This document shows, in pieces, positions 11,641-25,157 of a stretch of DNA of 64,000 bases (the stretch's first letter is position 1; each line of letters opens with the position of its first letter). The stretch is from Octopus vulgaris (taxonomy: Eukaryota): assembly GCA_951406725.2 (NCBI GenBank), contig OX597815.1, positions 65,782,001 to 65,846,000 on the forward strand, in the 5' to 3' direction. The notes below the pieces were generated by a model. The model was given only the letters and a program-made list of their open reading frames with translations, was not told the origin of the DNA and made no database searches. A program made the translations under genes and the position numbers.

Positions 11641-13587
11641 ATATTATAAGAGAATAGATGGAGTATATCTCACAATACCTTTCATATATATAGAGAATAT
11701 CATAACAGAATTTAAGACTTGCCCGATATGGAGTATTATGTGTGGTACACAGATAGTAATTACCATTCTACTCGTATGATTTTATGCAGTGTATAAGTCT
11801 CCTGTTATCGTTGTAGGGTTTCACCTATTTTTATATTATAGTTAGTCATTAACCCTTTAGAATTCAGAGTATTCTGCAAATGTAATGCTTATTTATTCAC
11901 ATAGTTTTGAATTAATCGTACATTATTTTATAGCTTAAAAATTTCGATGAATGTAACTTTTATTTTTAGAATGACATTGCAGAGTTTGTTTGAGAGGCCA
12001 AATCTAGCAGGTTTGGACATAAAACAGGAACAATATTTAGGCCAGATATGGTCACTTGAAATGCCAAGGGATTAAAATTTGGTTGTTTTACAAAGGAACA
12101 CAAACTGTTGTTCGATGAAGTGATTTGAGCCTTATAAGAGGTTAGTTGCGTGAAAGCGTATATAAACAAACGAGTTTCCATGAGTTCAAATTGTGTTTAT
12201 TATTTATAAACACATTATACGATATAATCGTGTATCTAAGAGTACATAATGTGTCTTAAATGCTATAATTTAGAATCCACTATCTGAAGCGTATGGTGTA
12301 TTAATATGATAGATAAAATCAATGTAATAAGTAGGTTATGTGATAATGTATGCATGTGTGAAAGTATGTACATATGTATATATGTAAATGTGCGTATTTA
12401 GAGGGACCAGCTCGATATTCTTACAGTAACCATTCTAAGACTTCACACACAACACTATCCCCTCTATCACATAATGCACAAAACGGGAGATCTATTGCTG
12501 TGCTTCATAGGTACAAGCACACGAACTTCGTATGTGTTTCAGAATTATAAATGTTGCTGCTATCATTTATCGTTCATTATTGTAGAGACTTCAGTAGAAT
12601 ACCTATCTGTGTCCTCCATCTATCTAGTTTTGTTTTGTGTTGCGCGGAGTGTCACATTACGATTACTCCTTATTATAAGGGCACAATGAGCCGGCCGAGG
12701 AATGCTGTATTTGTATATCAAAAAATACAAATTAAAGTCGTGAAGTTAACAACTTATACGTTTACAATCAAATTTATAAATCACACTAGTAATTCGCAGC
12801 TTGTTCATTGGTTTACATACTTCTGATTACTATTGAGAAGGGTTTTAAAAAAAATATTTTTGTAGTATATGATTAGTCTTAGTTTATGGTCTCGGGTGAT
12901 GTATTTGGTTTCTGGTTTATAAGATTTTTATTTTATTTTAAAGTGCATCTATCCTATAGTTCGTATATATTTAATCCATGTTATACAATTTACGTGCGCT
13001 TTATGTATTTTTAATAGATGTAGTCGCTGGCTTATATTTTGTGTTTGTATTGTTCTATAGATTCGTCTATTGAGGAGAGTCCGCAATGATTCCGCTAACC
13101 AAATTCACTCACAAGCCGTTGGTCGGTCCGGTGCCATAGAAGATGTCCGAAGTTCTGTACAATCTGTTTGAATCCGAAATCATATGGTTGCGATTCGATC
13201 TTTTTAACTACACAACCACTGGTTACAGAGAAACGTTTGAACTTCAAGAAAGATACAAATTATAATTCTGTTTTTTGCAAGCAACTGAATATATGCATAT
13301 AAATTTCGAAACCGGTACCAGGTTGACCAGCATTTACTTGTTCTGACCCAGTAGAGGTAAGACATTATTATTGTTCATTGATATTTTTTCCTATCATGTC
13401 TGTAATAGATTTCTGACTATCCGGTGGTACAGAAGTATTTTTTGACTTCTATTTTTTAGTGATATAGGTACCCTTGTGTATATATGTACATACCTAATAT
13501 TGTATGTATATATTTTATTAATTTGCTTGTTCGGCTAATAATTCGCTTACCGCTCGTAGTGGTATTTTAATATCATCCTCATATATA

Positions 13588-13972
13588 TCTATTATATAAA
13601 ATCCGTTCTGTCTGTGTGTGTGTGTCTTATAGGATCTCGGGCATCCTCCATCCTATTGCGCTCAAATTTGATATGTAGATACCGACGATATCAGGGCGTG
13701 TATAAGTCTTGAACAAATTACAAAAATCGATTCCAGGTGAGAATGCGATCGATAAAGCCGTGGGAACGTGCATTCGTACGCGCAAGTACATCAGCTGTTG
13801 TGATCGATACTACGCGTACGCGAGAAAAATGCATGGTATCTCAAATTTAGGTTAAATCAGTGTTTCTCAAAGGGAGGCCTATGGGACGGTCGGACAAGTT
13901 CTTTTGAGAAAATTTGGTTTATGTTTGACAACTCAGCACTGTCCATTGGACGGGGTGGGGGCCTTTTGCTCG
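13588..13972 (+). mobile_element. Non-autonomous Helitron-like element
   Basis: 5' A|TCTATTATATAAAA start, subterminal hairpin ctgtccattggacgg, 3' CTCG|T end (CTRR-like), no TSD, A/T target. Confidence 0.6.
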
Positions 13973-14433
13973 TATATATATATATTGTAGAGACTTCTGT
14001 AGAATACCTATCTGTGTTCCACCATCTATCTAGTTTTGTTTCGTGTTGCGTGGAGTGTATGTATGTATGTATGTATGTATGTATGTATGTATGTATGTAT
14101 GTATGTATGTATGTATATATAAAGGAAGGGGATCTAGAAGTAGTTTCAAACCCAATACATTTTCGTAGTTACCGACCACGAAGAAACGAAAAACGTAATC
14201 ATCGAGGATTTGAACTCAGAATGTAAATGGTTATACCTATGTATAACAAAACGGCTCCCGTCTTCCATTATTAATGCTATCATCTCTTGTTTTGCTGCAT
14301 CTCCCCCCATCCACACACACACACACACTCATAAATACACATACTCACAAATATACACATACGCACAAATATATACGCGCATTTTTTGTTCAAATCACCT
14401 GTTTATAAAGCACAACCTACACACACACGTACA

Positions 14434-14521
<88 letters not shown>

Positions 14522-14985
14522 CGCACGCACGCACACACACAAACACACACACATGAACAACTAAATACATACGCGTAACTTTTGTTCACATTACCTGTTA
14601 AGGAAGCTTCAGAATTACAAAAATATGAAATGTATCCCCAAAGCATTTGAAGCTGCAATGTTAGTGAATGTGTACAGTAGAAGTGAGAATATAAAACGTG
14701 TTACAATTGAAGAAGAGTGGAACAGGAGCTATTATGGCTGCCGAAATGTCGAGACGAACGGAATATGATGAATTTATAAGAATGAACTGATAAACGCTTA
14801 CTGGAAATATTATCGTTATTGTTATTATAATTGCTGTACACGTGATCGCCTGCTTCAGACAGGTACTGTATGACATAAATATTCTGAATGTTCCTGTCAG
14901 CACGCAGCACATACACGCACACACATAATATTACCTTTATATTTGTGTATGCGCGCGTATGCGTATAAATTTATCATATATATAT

Positions 14986-15022
<37 letters not shown>

Positions 15023-15044
15023 ATATATGTGTGTGTGTGTGTAT

Positions 15045-15205
15045 ATTGAAATTTATAGAAAAACAAAAGACGAAGACACGTGTATGAACAACAAGAAAGT
15101 GTACCAGTTTGAGGCTCAGGGAAAATGAAAAAGTATTTTACGTTTCGAGCCTACGCCCTTCAACAGAAAGGAACAAGAGAAAATAAACAGAGAATGATAA
15201 AAAAA
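15045..15205 (-). repeat. PLE-terminus-like repeat with a minimal hammerhead variant (15136-15170)
   Basis: Minus CTTT-CTGTTGA-AGGGC-GTAG-GCTC-GAAAC-GTA-AAA. Homolog of 36080-36225. Confidence 0.65.
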
Positions 15206-15227
15206 AAAAAACTTCTAGATTTCAGCG

Positions 15228-15292
<65 letters not shown>

Positions 15293-16974
15293 TACACACA
15301 CACACGAAACTAGCGAAGTTTTAAGCAATAAACTCGCCTAATATCTATATTTATACATCAGAAAATTTTCACGCAAAAAGTTGTGTGTTAACTTAAGAAG
15401 GAAGTAATAGTTATTAGCCAGATGGTAGGCTAAATTATTTTCTGTTTGGAAAAAGGGATAGAAAGGGGAGGGGAGAAAGGGAGAGAGATGCGGGCGAGCA
15501 GGGAAATTAAGAAATAGAGAGACAAGGGAAAAACGTGAGAAAGGAACATGCTCGTGAAGATGAGAATGAGATGCAACAAAACAAAGAGATGATAGAAAGC
15601 TGGAACGGGGGTGGGGGTGGACAGAGTATTGTGGTCATCAGGGAGAGATGTGGGCTAAATGTCAAGAGTCTTTAATATAATTGATGTAATGAACCTAGAA
15701 AGGTTAATTAATTATAATTACACTTGTACTGATACGCACAAAATCATTATATTATTGATTTTAATCTACAAAAGAAGGAGACACAAAAGGAGATACAGCC
15801 CTGGAAGTTAACTGTCGGTCAAAGATCGATATTTCGTTTCTCTACGTAGCAACATTAATTATATAGCACATAAATATTTATTTAGGTTTAAGGGCTGAGT
15901 TAGAATCCTCTTTTAGGGTCTTAGTCATAGCAAAACTCTAACATTTTGGCGGATGCTTCATACAGCTTTATGACTAACATTCCAAAAATTAACTCCGTAT
16001 GAAGATTTCTAGCAGCGTAAGTAATCTATGGAAACATATGACAATGAATTCGTCTCTCATTGGCTAATCGCTATTTCATAACTCAATAGCTTTCTCTATT
16101 CTTAATCTATTTTTATTTTACTTCATTGACACACTTGGCAATGTCAATAGAGACCCAGATAGCCAGCATTCAAGAGCTCACTGGTTGTCTGGTACTCTTT
16201 ATATTCTATATCGGGCACCGAGTTTACTTAACTTCTTAATAGGTACTACAGCGTGACATAATCACTATAAACTACGATTGATCCGTAAAATTGACGGGTG
16301 ATTTGTTGACTTTCAATGCTGATTTTACTTTTCTCCAAAGGGAACAGTGCTCCGTAACAAACTAGTGAAGAATTGTAAGTAAACACTAACAGAACAAACT
16401 GAAGAGGTCGGCGAATAGGTTGATAAACATTAAACAAATCGTAGTGACGGACTCTTTGTGCAGTCCTCGCTTCTATCTATGTTAACGTATTATCGCTGAA
16501 CTAAGCTTCAAATCATGTATGTGTTTCGTATCACTTCATTATATTGCTAAAAGTTCTTTTTTAAAAGATCTACTTGGATACGAAGGAGGGAAAAACAGAG
16601 AGTGGGGAGAGACAGAAAAAGAGGGAGAGAGAGAGAGAGGAACACAGAGACTTAAATTGATTTGGTAAATGAATTAATGTTGTAGATATTTTGTGGAGAC
16701 ATATATCCTAAGCAGGCTATCCAAATACATGGAGGTTTGAGATTAAAGATTATATGCAAAAAAAAAAAAAACGAAACGAATGTAAGTCAATGAGATACGA
16801 TAAGGCGAGAAAAAGAGACAGGTCAATAAATTAAAGTAGGGGATGGAAAAAGAAACGAAGAGAAATTGAAACGGTATATGTGCGTGTGTGTGTTTACACA
16901 CATACATTTATATGTACATATAGATACACACATATATTACACACGCGCGCGCGCGCACACACACACACATATAT

Positions 16975-17158
16975 ATTCTCTTATTTGTTTGTCATTTAAC
17001 TGCGGCCATGCTGGAGCACTACCTTTAGTCGAACAAATCTACCCAGGACTTATTTTTTGTAATAATTCGATTTCGTTTGCCAAACCGCTAAATTACGGGG
17101 ACGTAAACACACCAACATCAGTTGTCAAGCGATGCTGGGGGAACAAGCACAGACACAA

Positions 17159-17226
<68 letters not shown>

Positions 17227-17227
17227 A

Positions 17228-17274
<47 letters not shown>

Positions 17275-17442
17275 GTATGTATATAGACGAGCTTGTTTCA
17301 GTTTCCATCTATCAAATCCACTCACAAGGCTTTGGTCGGCCCGAGGTTATAGTAGAAGACACTTGCCGATGGTGCCACGCCGTGGGACTAAACCCGGAAC
17401 CATGTGGTTGGGAAGTAAACTTCTTAACACACAGCCACTCCT
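16975..17442 (-). mobile_element. tRNA-derived SINE family B with internal microsatellite
   Basis: Reverse complement of the family B copies at 37501-37880 and 54283-54790. Confidence 0.8.
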
Positions 17443-17463
17443 GAGAGAGATTTATATATTATA

Positions 17464-18738
17464 TTGGGCTGTCCGGAAAGTTCGTGCCGATTTATAGTAA
17501 CTTACCTTTCGATTTAGAACATGGTTGAGTCCATAAAATAGGATTTGACTACATCTCCATTTAGAGCACAGTTTAAACTATCTTCTCGTGGAAGAAGGTT
17601 GATGTTCCTATAACCTGTGTTAATTCTGTAACCCTTTAAAATGGAAGATAAAAAAGTTAATTTTCGGCACTTGATGCTTTTCTTTTTTCGTAAAAGGAAA
17701 ACTGCCTCACAAGCAACCAAAGAAATATGCGCAGTTTACGGTGATGTTTCTTTATCCGAAAGATCTGTACGGAAGTGATTCTCAAGGTTCCGAGCTGGAG
17801 ATTGTAGCTTTCATGATAAAGAACGATCAGGCAGGCCATCCATTATAGATGATGACCAAATCAAGTCATTAATTGAGAATAACCTACATTGCACAACCAG
17901 AGAATTGGCAGAAAGCCTCAACCTATCAAAATTCGTCGTTCATGAGCACCTGGTAAAGCTTGGGTACACAAATCGCTACGATGTTTGGGTTGAGTGAGTT
18001 GAGTAAGAAGAACCTTTTGGATCACATTTCCATCTGTAATTCGCTTTATAAACGGAATGAAAACGCGCTTTTTTTTAAAGCAAATTGTGACAGGTGATGA
18101 GAAATGGATTATATACCGAAATGTTCAGAGAAAGCAATCCTGAAGTAAGCGACATGAGCCACCCTTAGCCACCCAAAAAGCGAGTCTTTACCCTAAAAAA
18201 GTCTTGCTTTGTGTCTGGTGGGATTGGAAAGGAATTCTGTACTATGAGCTTCTCCCAAGTAACCAGACAATTAATTCTGAGAAATACTGCACACAACTGG
18301 ACGAGTTAAAAGCAGCAATTCAAGAGAAACGTCCAGAACTGGCCAACAGGAAGGGTGTTGTTTTCCAGCATGATAATGCAAGACCGCACGTTTCTTTGGG
18401 AACAAGACAAAAATTGCTGCAGCTCGGCTGGGATGTGTTACCCTACCCTCCATATTCACCAGATGTTGCTCCTTCGGATTTCCACTTATTCAGGTCTCTG
18501 CAGAATAGTTTAATGGTATAAATTTCAATTCCTTGAATGACGTAAAAAGATACCTTGATTAATTCTTTGCCATGAAACCACCTCAATTCTGGGAAGAGGG
18601 TATTTTCAAGTTGAAGGAAAGATAGAGACGCATTGAGCAACAAAATGGTTCATATTTGGTTGATTAAAAATATAATGTATTTATTGACCGTTTTCTTTCC
18701 TTTAAAAATCGGCAACCCAATACAATCGGACAACCCAA
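17464..18738 (+). mobile_element. Mariner (DD34D) transposon, near full length, transposase pseudogene about 17641-18666
   Basis: TA-flanked TIRs TTGGGCTGTCCG../..CGGACAACCCAA. Motifs IVTGDEKW, WWDWKG, HDNARPH, PYSPDVAPSDFHLF. Several stops and frameshifts. Confidence 0.93.
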
Positions 18739-19340
18739 TACATGCTTACACACTCATGAACACACACATGTATAATATTTTATTCTTTTACTAATTGCAG
18801 TTATTAGTGTGCGTCCATACTGGAGCACAATTTTCAAGGGTTTTCCTAGATTTATGGACACCAATACTTTCTCTGGTGTTTATTTTCTCGACCTCAGAAG
18901 AATACAAGGACTAACCCAACCCAATGAAATGAGTGTGCCTAAATGGATATGCATATAAATGTGTGTGTGAGTGTGTGCGTGCACGTGTGTGAGTGCGTGT
19001 GTACATGTTGCCGTTTGTGTTTGTATATGCTTCCGACGCTCGCAGGTAGCTTGCTCCACACTTTCACTAATTATTTTAGATGCCTTTGTAGCTGTGAACA
19101 GATATGGTGCCTTCCGTACTTCCCAGCAGAACATCAGATATGTGGCAGCTGATGGGAGAAACGGCTGAAGTAGTATTACTCAGCTGTTACTCATTTTCAT
19201 CTGAATAGACTGGATCAATGTAAAAGGAAATGCCTCTTTGAAGGGCACAACACGATGCCCAGTCCAGAAACCGAAACTACAAGCTGATGATCGTACTGTC
19301 AACACCCTGCTCGCCAGACCACACACCTTCACGCAGGCAC

Positions 19341-19382
<42 letters not shown>

Positions 19383-19920
19383 GTTTATATGTGTTTGTGT
19401 GAGTACATGTATGCATGTGTAAGTTTAGTCGAATTCATAAAACGTTGCTTGTGAGTTTTCACGAGTAAGGGCATTCAATCAGATGGCAACTATAGCAAAC
19501 AAAACAGGTATGTAAGCAGAATGGTTGAAGAACCCACACGCACACACTGGCCCATTATGGCCTCGAGTTATTAACGCGTGAAATACAATGTAATTGTGCA
19601 AAAAAAAATTACTCCCAGACTGGAATCAAAGGGGAACAGTGAAAGACATAAATATATATAGAATATGGAATAATGTGAGAAGAGTTTAGGTAAAAAACAA
19701 TAGATAACATTACAAGAGTGACACTAATGAATATTTTGTTTGCGGGTGTACTTCTTATTTGTAATAGTTATTCGTGAGGGGTAGGATAAGTACACGTGAG
19801 CATTTGATAAAATTTATCAAAAATGTATTCATGGATCTCTGTCGGTATCGACAATCAACAAACTTACTTGTTCATCGAATTCAAGTGTTAGTGGTTGAAT
19901 ATCCCACTGGCGCATGTATC

Positions 19921-22677
19921 TGTAGTGATCCGACAACGGCGCGCGCTCGCGCACCGCCCATTTGTATTTCGCGCGTGTTGGTGCCTTTACCAAGGCACAG
20001 AAAGGAAGGCCCTCTCGCGCATGCGCGAACCACCGGTAGCACGACCCTATTGCCTACGTAGCAGTTAGCGAGGCAAGGGGGTCGTAGAACGTTTGACCGC
20101 TAGCGTCCAGCAAGCGGTGACTTGGAACTTAGCGATTGACGGCGACGGTCACGCATATATTCTCTCCGTCAGGATTAGATTCTAGCAGTCCTTTGGCCGA
20201 AGACTTTTAACCAAAATTGTTGCAGACCAACATCGTCTCCATTGTTCGACGCCATCTTGAATCCTTTCTGTTTTTGGGCTGGAGATTGTAAATATTACAA
20301 TCTATTAACTTTCAGCCTTGCGCGCCCGAATCAAGGACATCAGATAACACACTTATTGTTATTGTTTACCAAGAAAGAGAATAAAGTAGTTATATGTATA
20401 TTTTATGTCTGCGTCCTGTTGTTTCCGACTTGTAGAGAATCTGGATTGTTAAGTAACGGCTAGTGGGTGATTGCTTTGTGCACGCCAAAAGTGCACGAAG
20501 ATATTCGCATCTCACGAAGTTCGCTACAAGTGGTGACCCCGACGTGATTCTGGTCTAAAACCAGAGATCACTTAACAACAAAAAAATCCAGTTTTTCTGC
20601 GAGGTCGGAACACGATTTAACTCTACGCATTCATCTTTCGACGATTTGTTTCCGGCCACCGCAAACAGTTGTAGAAGGAGCCTCTTTCTTCTTCTACAGC
20701 CATGATGACGGACGCCATCATATATTCGATGCCTTTTCTCCACCTTCGTCATCATCATCGTCGTCTGTCTACTTCACGTCGTCGCTATCTTCGTCGCCAT
20801 CATCACTGAGAACGATGTTGTCCCAAGTCCACTACAGTCGCCTTCCACCACCAACGTCGCCTTTCAACACCGTCGACCTCCACCAAGATGTACATAGCAA
20901 CTCGCGGAAGTTTAGTCCACTTGCCGTTTGTGCATTAGCACACCAAGGATTTTACAGCACTTTCTACGAGATTTCTTCTGTTCCAGTTAACCTGTCACAG
21001 CATTGAAGCCACAACCGTTACACGATATGTGTTCAACCGGCATCTGCATTTTGTGATTTCAACATTTCTGTTACAGAACGAACTGCTATTGTACATCCGG
21101 CTATTACAGACTGGTAAATTAATTCTTGTCTGGAATAGCCCGAGAGACATTTTTTCTATGCGCTGTATTTTTTATATTTTGCTCGCATTCACCTTGTATG
21201 TATTTCTGTCGCACACACGTACACACACATAAATGCTCTCTCTCACATACATACGTCACACGTGCTTTTCTCGCTTGTTTTGTTCCATGCTAAATTTGCC
21301 TTTTGTGGACACCCCTCATTTCTATAGACCCTAGGTTGGTCACGTATACATAGAGAGGGTTGTTTGTCCATTATAACGCGCCAGCATGTCATACTTTTGT
21401 TCCTGTGCGAACGAGGCATATAATCGCTCAACCACTGGCATATTCTTGCTGTTTTTCGGTCTGGCAGCACTATTGCATTTCATGCGCCTATTGCTTCGCA
21501 CGTGTACTTGCCTTGTTTTTGCAACACGTTTTGCGTTAGCTTGATTTCTTTTCCCGACTCATGTCGGATGTTCAAATGCGCTGCGCCGATTTATAGGCGT
21601 AATTATTTTTCCCTGTTAGACCACTGTTGGTCACGTAAATTAACAGAAAATTATCTGTGTCGCGCATCACACCAGCATGTTTGCATTTTTGCCTTTTGTG
21701 TTACTAGCGAGCTTCTGTCAATTCCATTTCCTCTCCTGCAGCAATTGATTTAACTGCTATTTGCAGGATCAACTACCTTTAGAGAAGTTGGATTTTAATT
21801 TCGCCTAGGTACATTAACTGTGAGTTTTGCTTTTCCCTCCGCTCCTTTCAGCGGAAGGGTTTATACTTTTGTGACGTATACACTTTCATGCATGCACTCT
21901 TGATTTTTGCTCATTGAGTATTTTTTCTCTTTTTCCTTTAGTAAATTTCTTGTGTATGATCAATTTTGCCATTATATTATTGTGTGCTATTTGGTTATCT
22001 GGTGTCCACCTTGAGTTTTGCAGTCACTACAATAAGTTTCCTTTCGTGCGTACGCACTGGAGGGGAGCCTGTAGTGATCCGACAACGGCGCGCGCTCGCG
22101 CACCGCCCATTTGTATTTCGCGCGTGTTGGTGCCTTTACCAAGGCACAGAAAGGAAGGCCCTCTCGCGCATGCGCGAACCACCGGTAGCACGACCCTATT
22201 GCCTACGTAGCAGTTAGCGAGGCAAGGGGGTCGTAGAACGTTTGACCGCTAGCGTCCAGCAAGCGGTGACTTGGAACTTAGCGATTGACGGCGACGGTCA
22301 CGCATATATTCTCTCCGTCAGGATTAGATTCTAGCAGTCCTTTGGCCGAAGACTTTTAACCAAAATTGTTGCAGACCAACATCGTCTCCATTGTTCGACG
22401 CCATCTTGAATCCTTTCTGTTTTTGGGCTGGAGATTGTAAATATTACAATCTATTAACTTTCAGCCTTGCGCGCCCGAATCAAGGACATCAGATAACACA
22501 CTTATTGTTATTGTTTACCAAGAAAGAGAATAAAGTAGTTATATGTATATTTTATGTCTGCGTCCTGTTGTTTCCGACTTGTAGAGAATCTGGATTGTTA
22601 AGTAACGGCTAGTGGGTGATTGCTTTGTGCACGCCAAAAGTGCACGAAGATATTCGCATCTCACGAAGTTCGCTACA
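19921..22677 (+). mobile_element. Non-autonomous LTR retrotransposon (Gypsy-type ends); 608-bp LTRs at 19921-20528 and 22070-22677, 1541-bp non-coding interior
   Basis: TG...CA LTRs with no difference visible by eye, 4-bp TSD TATC (19917-19920, 22678-22681), PBS, and polypurine tract GGAGGGGAG before the 3' LTR. Confidence 0.95.
20531..20548 (+). promoter_or_regulatory. Primer binding site complementary to the 3' end of tRNA-Trp
   Basis: TGGTGACCCCGACGTGAT, 2 nt after the 5' LTR, is the reverse complement of ...ATCACGTCGGGGTCACCA, the metazoan tRNA-Trp 3' end. Confidence 0.85.
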
Positions 22678-23189
22678 TATCTTTAATGTTATTGTCAAAC
22701 AGAATAAGTGTAACACAGTGTGTTGAAAGGCTGTATAATTAAATTATACGATCTACTGACTGGCTTCTACACAGTTTCCGTCCATTCACTTTTACTCACA
22801 AGGCTTTGGTTTATCTGAGACTGTGGTAGAAGCAACTTGCCTCAGATGCCACACATAGAGCTCGAACCTAAGAATTCTTGAAAATGTACTTTGTGGCCAC
22901 CGAACTAGATATAGTAATTAACTAAGTGACAGCTTAAAAAGACGATTTTGTAGATAATTAACGAATTAATTAAATGAGTAATGCATAATTAGATAAATAG
23001 ATGAATTAATAGAGATGATGCTAATTGCATTGTTATAGATTAATAATTAATCAATAGATAATTCGGAATAAGATAGGAAATATTAGGGAGTTATGAAGGA
23101 AACGCGTGCTGGAGATATATGATAGGACTGTACAGGACAACACGTGATCGACGTACGTGCTCATGAAATAATAGATGGTACAATATTGA

Positions 23190-23430
23190 AATATATTTGT
23201 TTCTTTATTACCCACAAGGGGCTAAACATAGAGGGGACAAACAAGGACAGACAAACGAATTAAGTCGATTACATCGACCCCAATGCGTAACTGGTACTTA
23301 ATTTATCGACCCCCGAAAGGATGAAAGGCAAAGTCGACCTCGGCGGAATTTGAACTCAGAACGTAACGGCAGACGAAATACGGTTACGCATTTCGCCCGG
23401 CACGCTAACGGTTCTGCCAGCTCGCCGGCT
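23190..23430 (-). mobile_element. tRNA-derived SINE family A
   Basis: 'aaggcaaagtcgacctcggcggaatttgaactcagaacgt...ctgccagctcgcc', as in the other copies. Confidence 0.85.
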
Positions 23431-24208
23431 TATGGTATAATATTGAAATATATATTACTTGATGTTATATTTATAATAATGCATAAGGTTATATTGTACA
23501 GATTTGAAGTGAATGAGTTTATGATTAACGTGTGATGTAATCGAAAACGCGAACACTGAGATAGATGCTTAGGCGGAGTCGCGGAACAGATCAGCATGTT
23601 TGTTGGAGTGACTGAATTGCAGACTGCAATAATACAGTCCTAAATGTTCGCATATATCGTATCGGCACCTAAAGCTCACAGATACTAAACATCGCTCCTT
23701 CGGGCCTTATCCACAGCCATCATTCACTGAGTAGTATATTGTATCGAGCATTTAAACAGTCTTCCATGGTAATTTTCATATACTGGAGCATCTGCGAATT
23801 ACGATACAAACTTTATTAATTATATCCATTTCTGACGGATGAAAATGTATTAAAGAAAACTAGAGGTTTATCTCCAGTCGAATGTGTATCGTAAAGATTG
23901 GAAATAGGTTGGAATAGGCTGAGAAAATATGTATTGTACAATGTATTATTTATTGATCATATATAACTGTAAAAAAAATAATATTATTTTAAAGCTGGTT
24001 TAGGAATAACAACAGATCGTTTTTTGATGATGCGAGCAGATTTAAATTTATTGTGAAGGTCCAGTTAATCAAGTTGACTGGGACATCAAGTTTCGCCTAT
24101 CGACTTGTTCAACTAAACCGGTTGAACAAGCCAACAAGTGAAATCTGAAATCCAAGTCAACTTGATCATCACAGCTACATGTGCGTGTGTCCATATCCGT
24201 GTATGTGT

Positions 24209-24272
<64 letters not shown>

Positions 24273-24486
24273 ATGTGCGTATGTGTGTGAGTGTTGAGAG
24301 AGAGAGAAGAGGGAAACAAAGTGAAAGACAAGGAGGGGGTGATCGAAAGATTATGAAAAGTAAATAGGAAAAAATAAGTACAAACAATAAAGATATGCCT
24401 TCATCCAGACAGCTACACCTTTTGAATGAGTTTTAGGAAACTAGGTCATTGTGAGCTTATCATATATGCATACACACACAGACACA

Positions 24487-24531
<45 letters not shown>

Positions 24532-25023
24532 TGTAAATACAATCAGTGAACACTTAAAAACAGGAGGAACGAGTTTCTACAAATGAGGTAAAAGCTTAAC
24601 GTTTTAATGTAAAGATAAAATATCTTAACATTTCGAACGTTAGTCCTTCATCAAAAAAACAGAGAAGGGTAGAAAGAGAGTGGAAGAAGGAGGTGTAAAG
24701 AGCCGCTAATGCTAGTGAGAGAAGAATAGAATAAATCGTCAACAATATGTAATTTTCCATTAAAATTAAAATAACTTCAAGCTAACTTCTAGAATGAACG
24801 TGGTGCAAAACTGCAGTGAAACTGAAAAGTGGAACGATTTTAGTATTGTATAAGAAATTGAAGAGGCAGTTGATTATTAAAATGTTAAGTTAATTGCCAA
24901 GTGAGTGTGGCATCTTATTGTGATTTGGGTAATTTTACAGATACATTACAGCAGCAGTTATAGTAGTAGCAGTAGAACTAGAACTTGTAGTAGAAGCAGT
25001 AGTGACAGTATTACCAGTTACAT

Positions 25024-25024
25024 G

Positions 25025-25098
<74 letters not shown>

Positions 25099-25157
25099 TG
25101 TTGTTGTTGTTGTGGTGGTGGTGGTGGTGGTGGTGGTGGTGGTGGTTGTGGTGGTGG
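25024..25157. repeat. Compound trinucleotide microsatellite (GTA)n(GTT)n(GTG)n
   Basis: Read directly. Confidence 0.95.
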
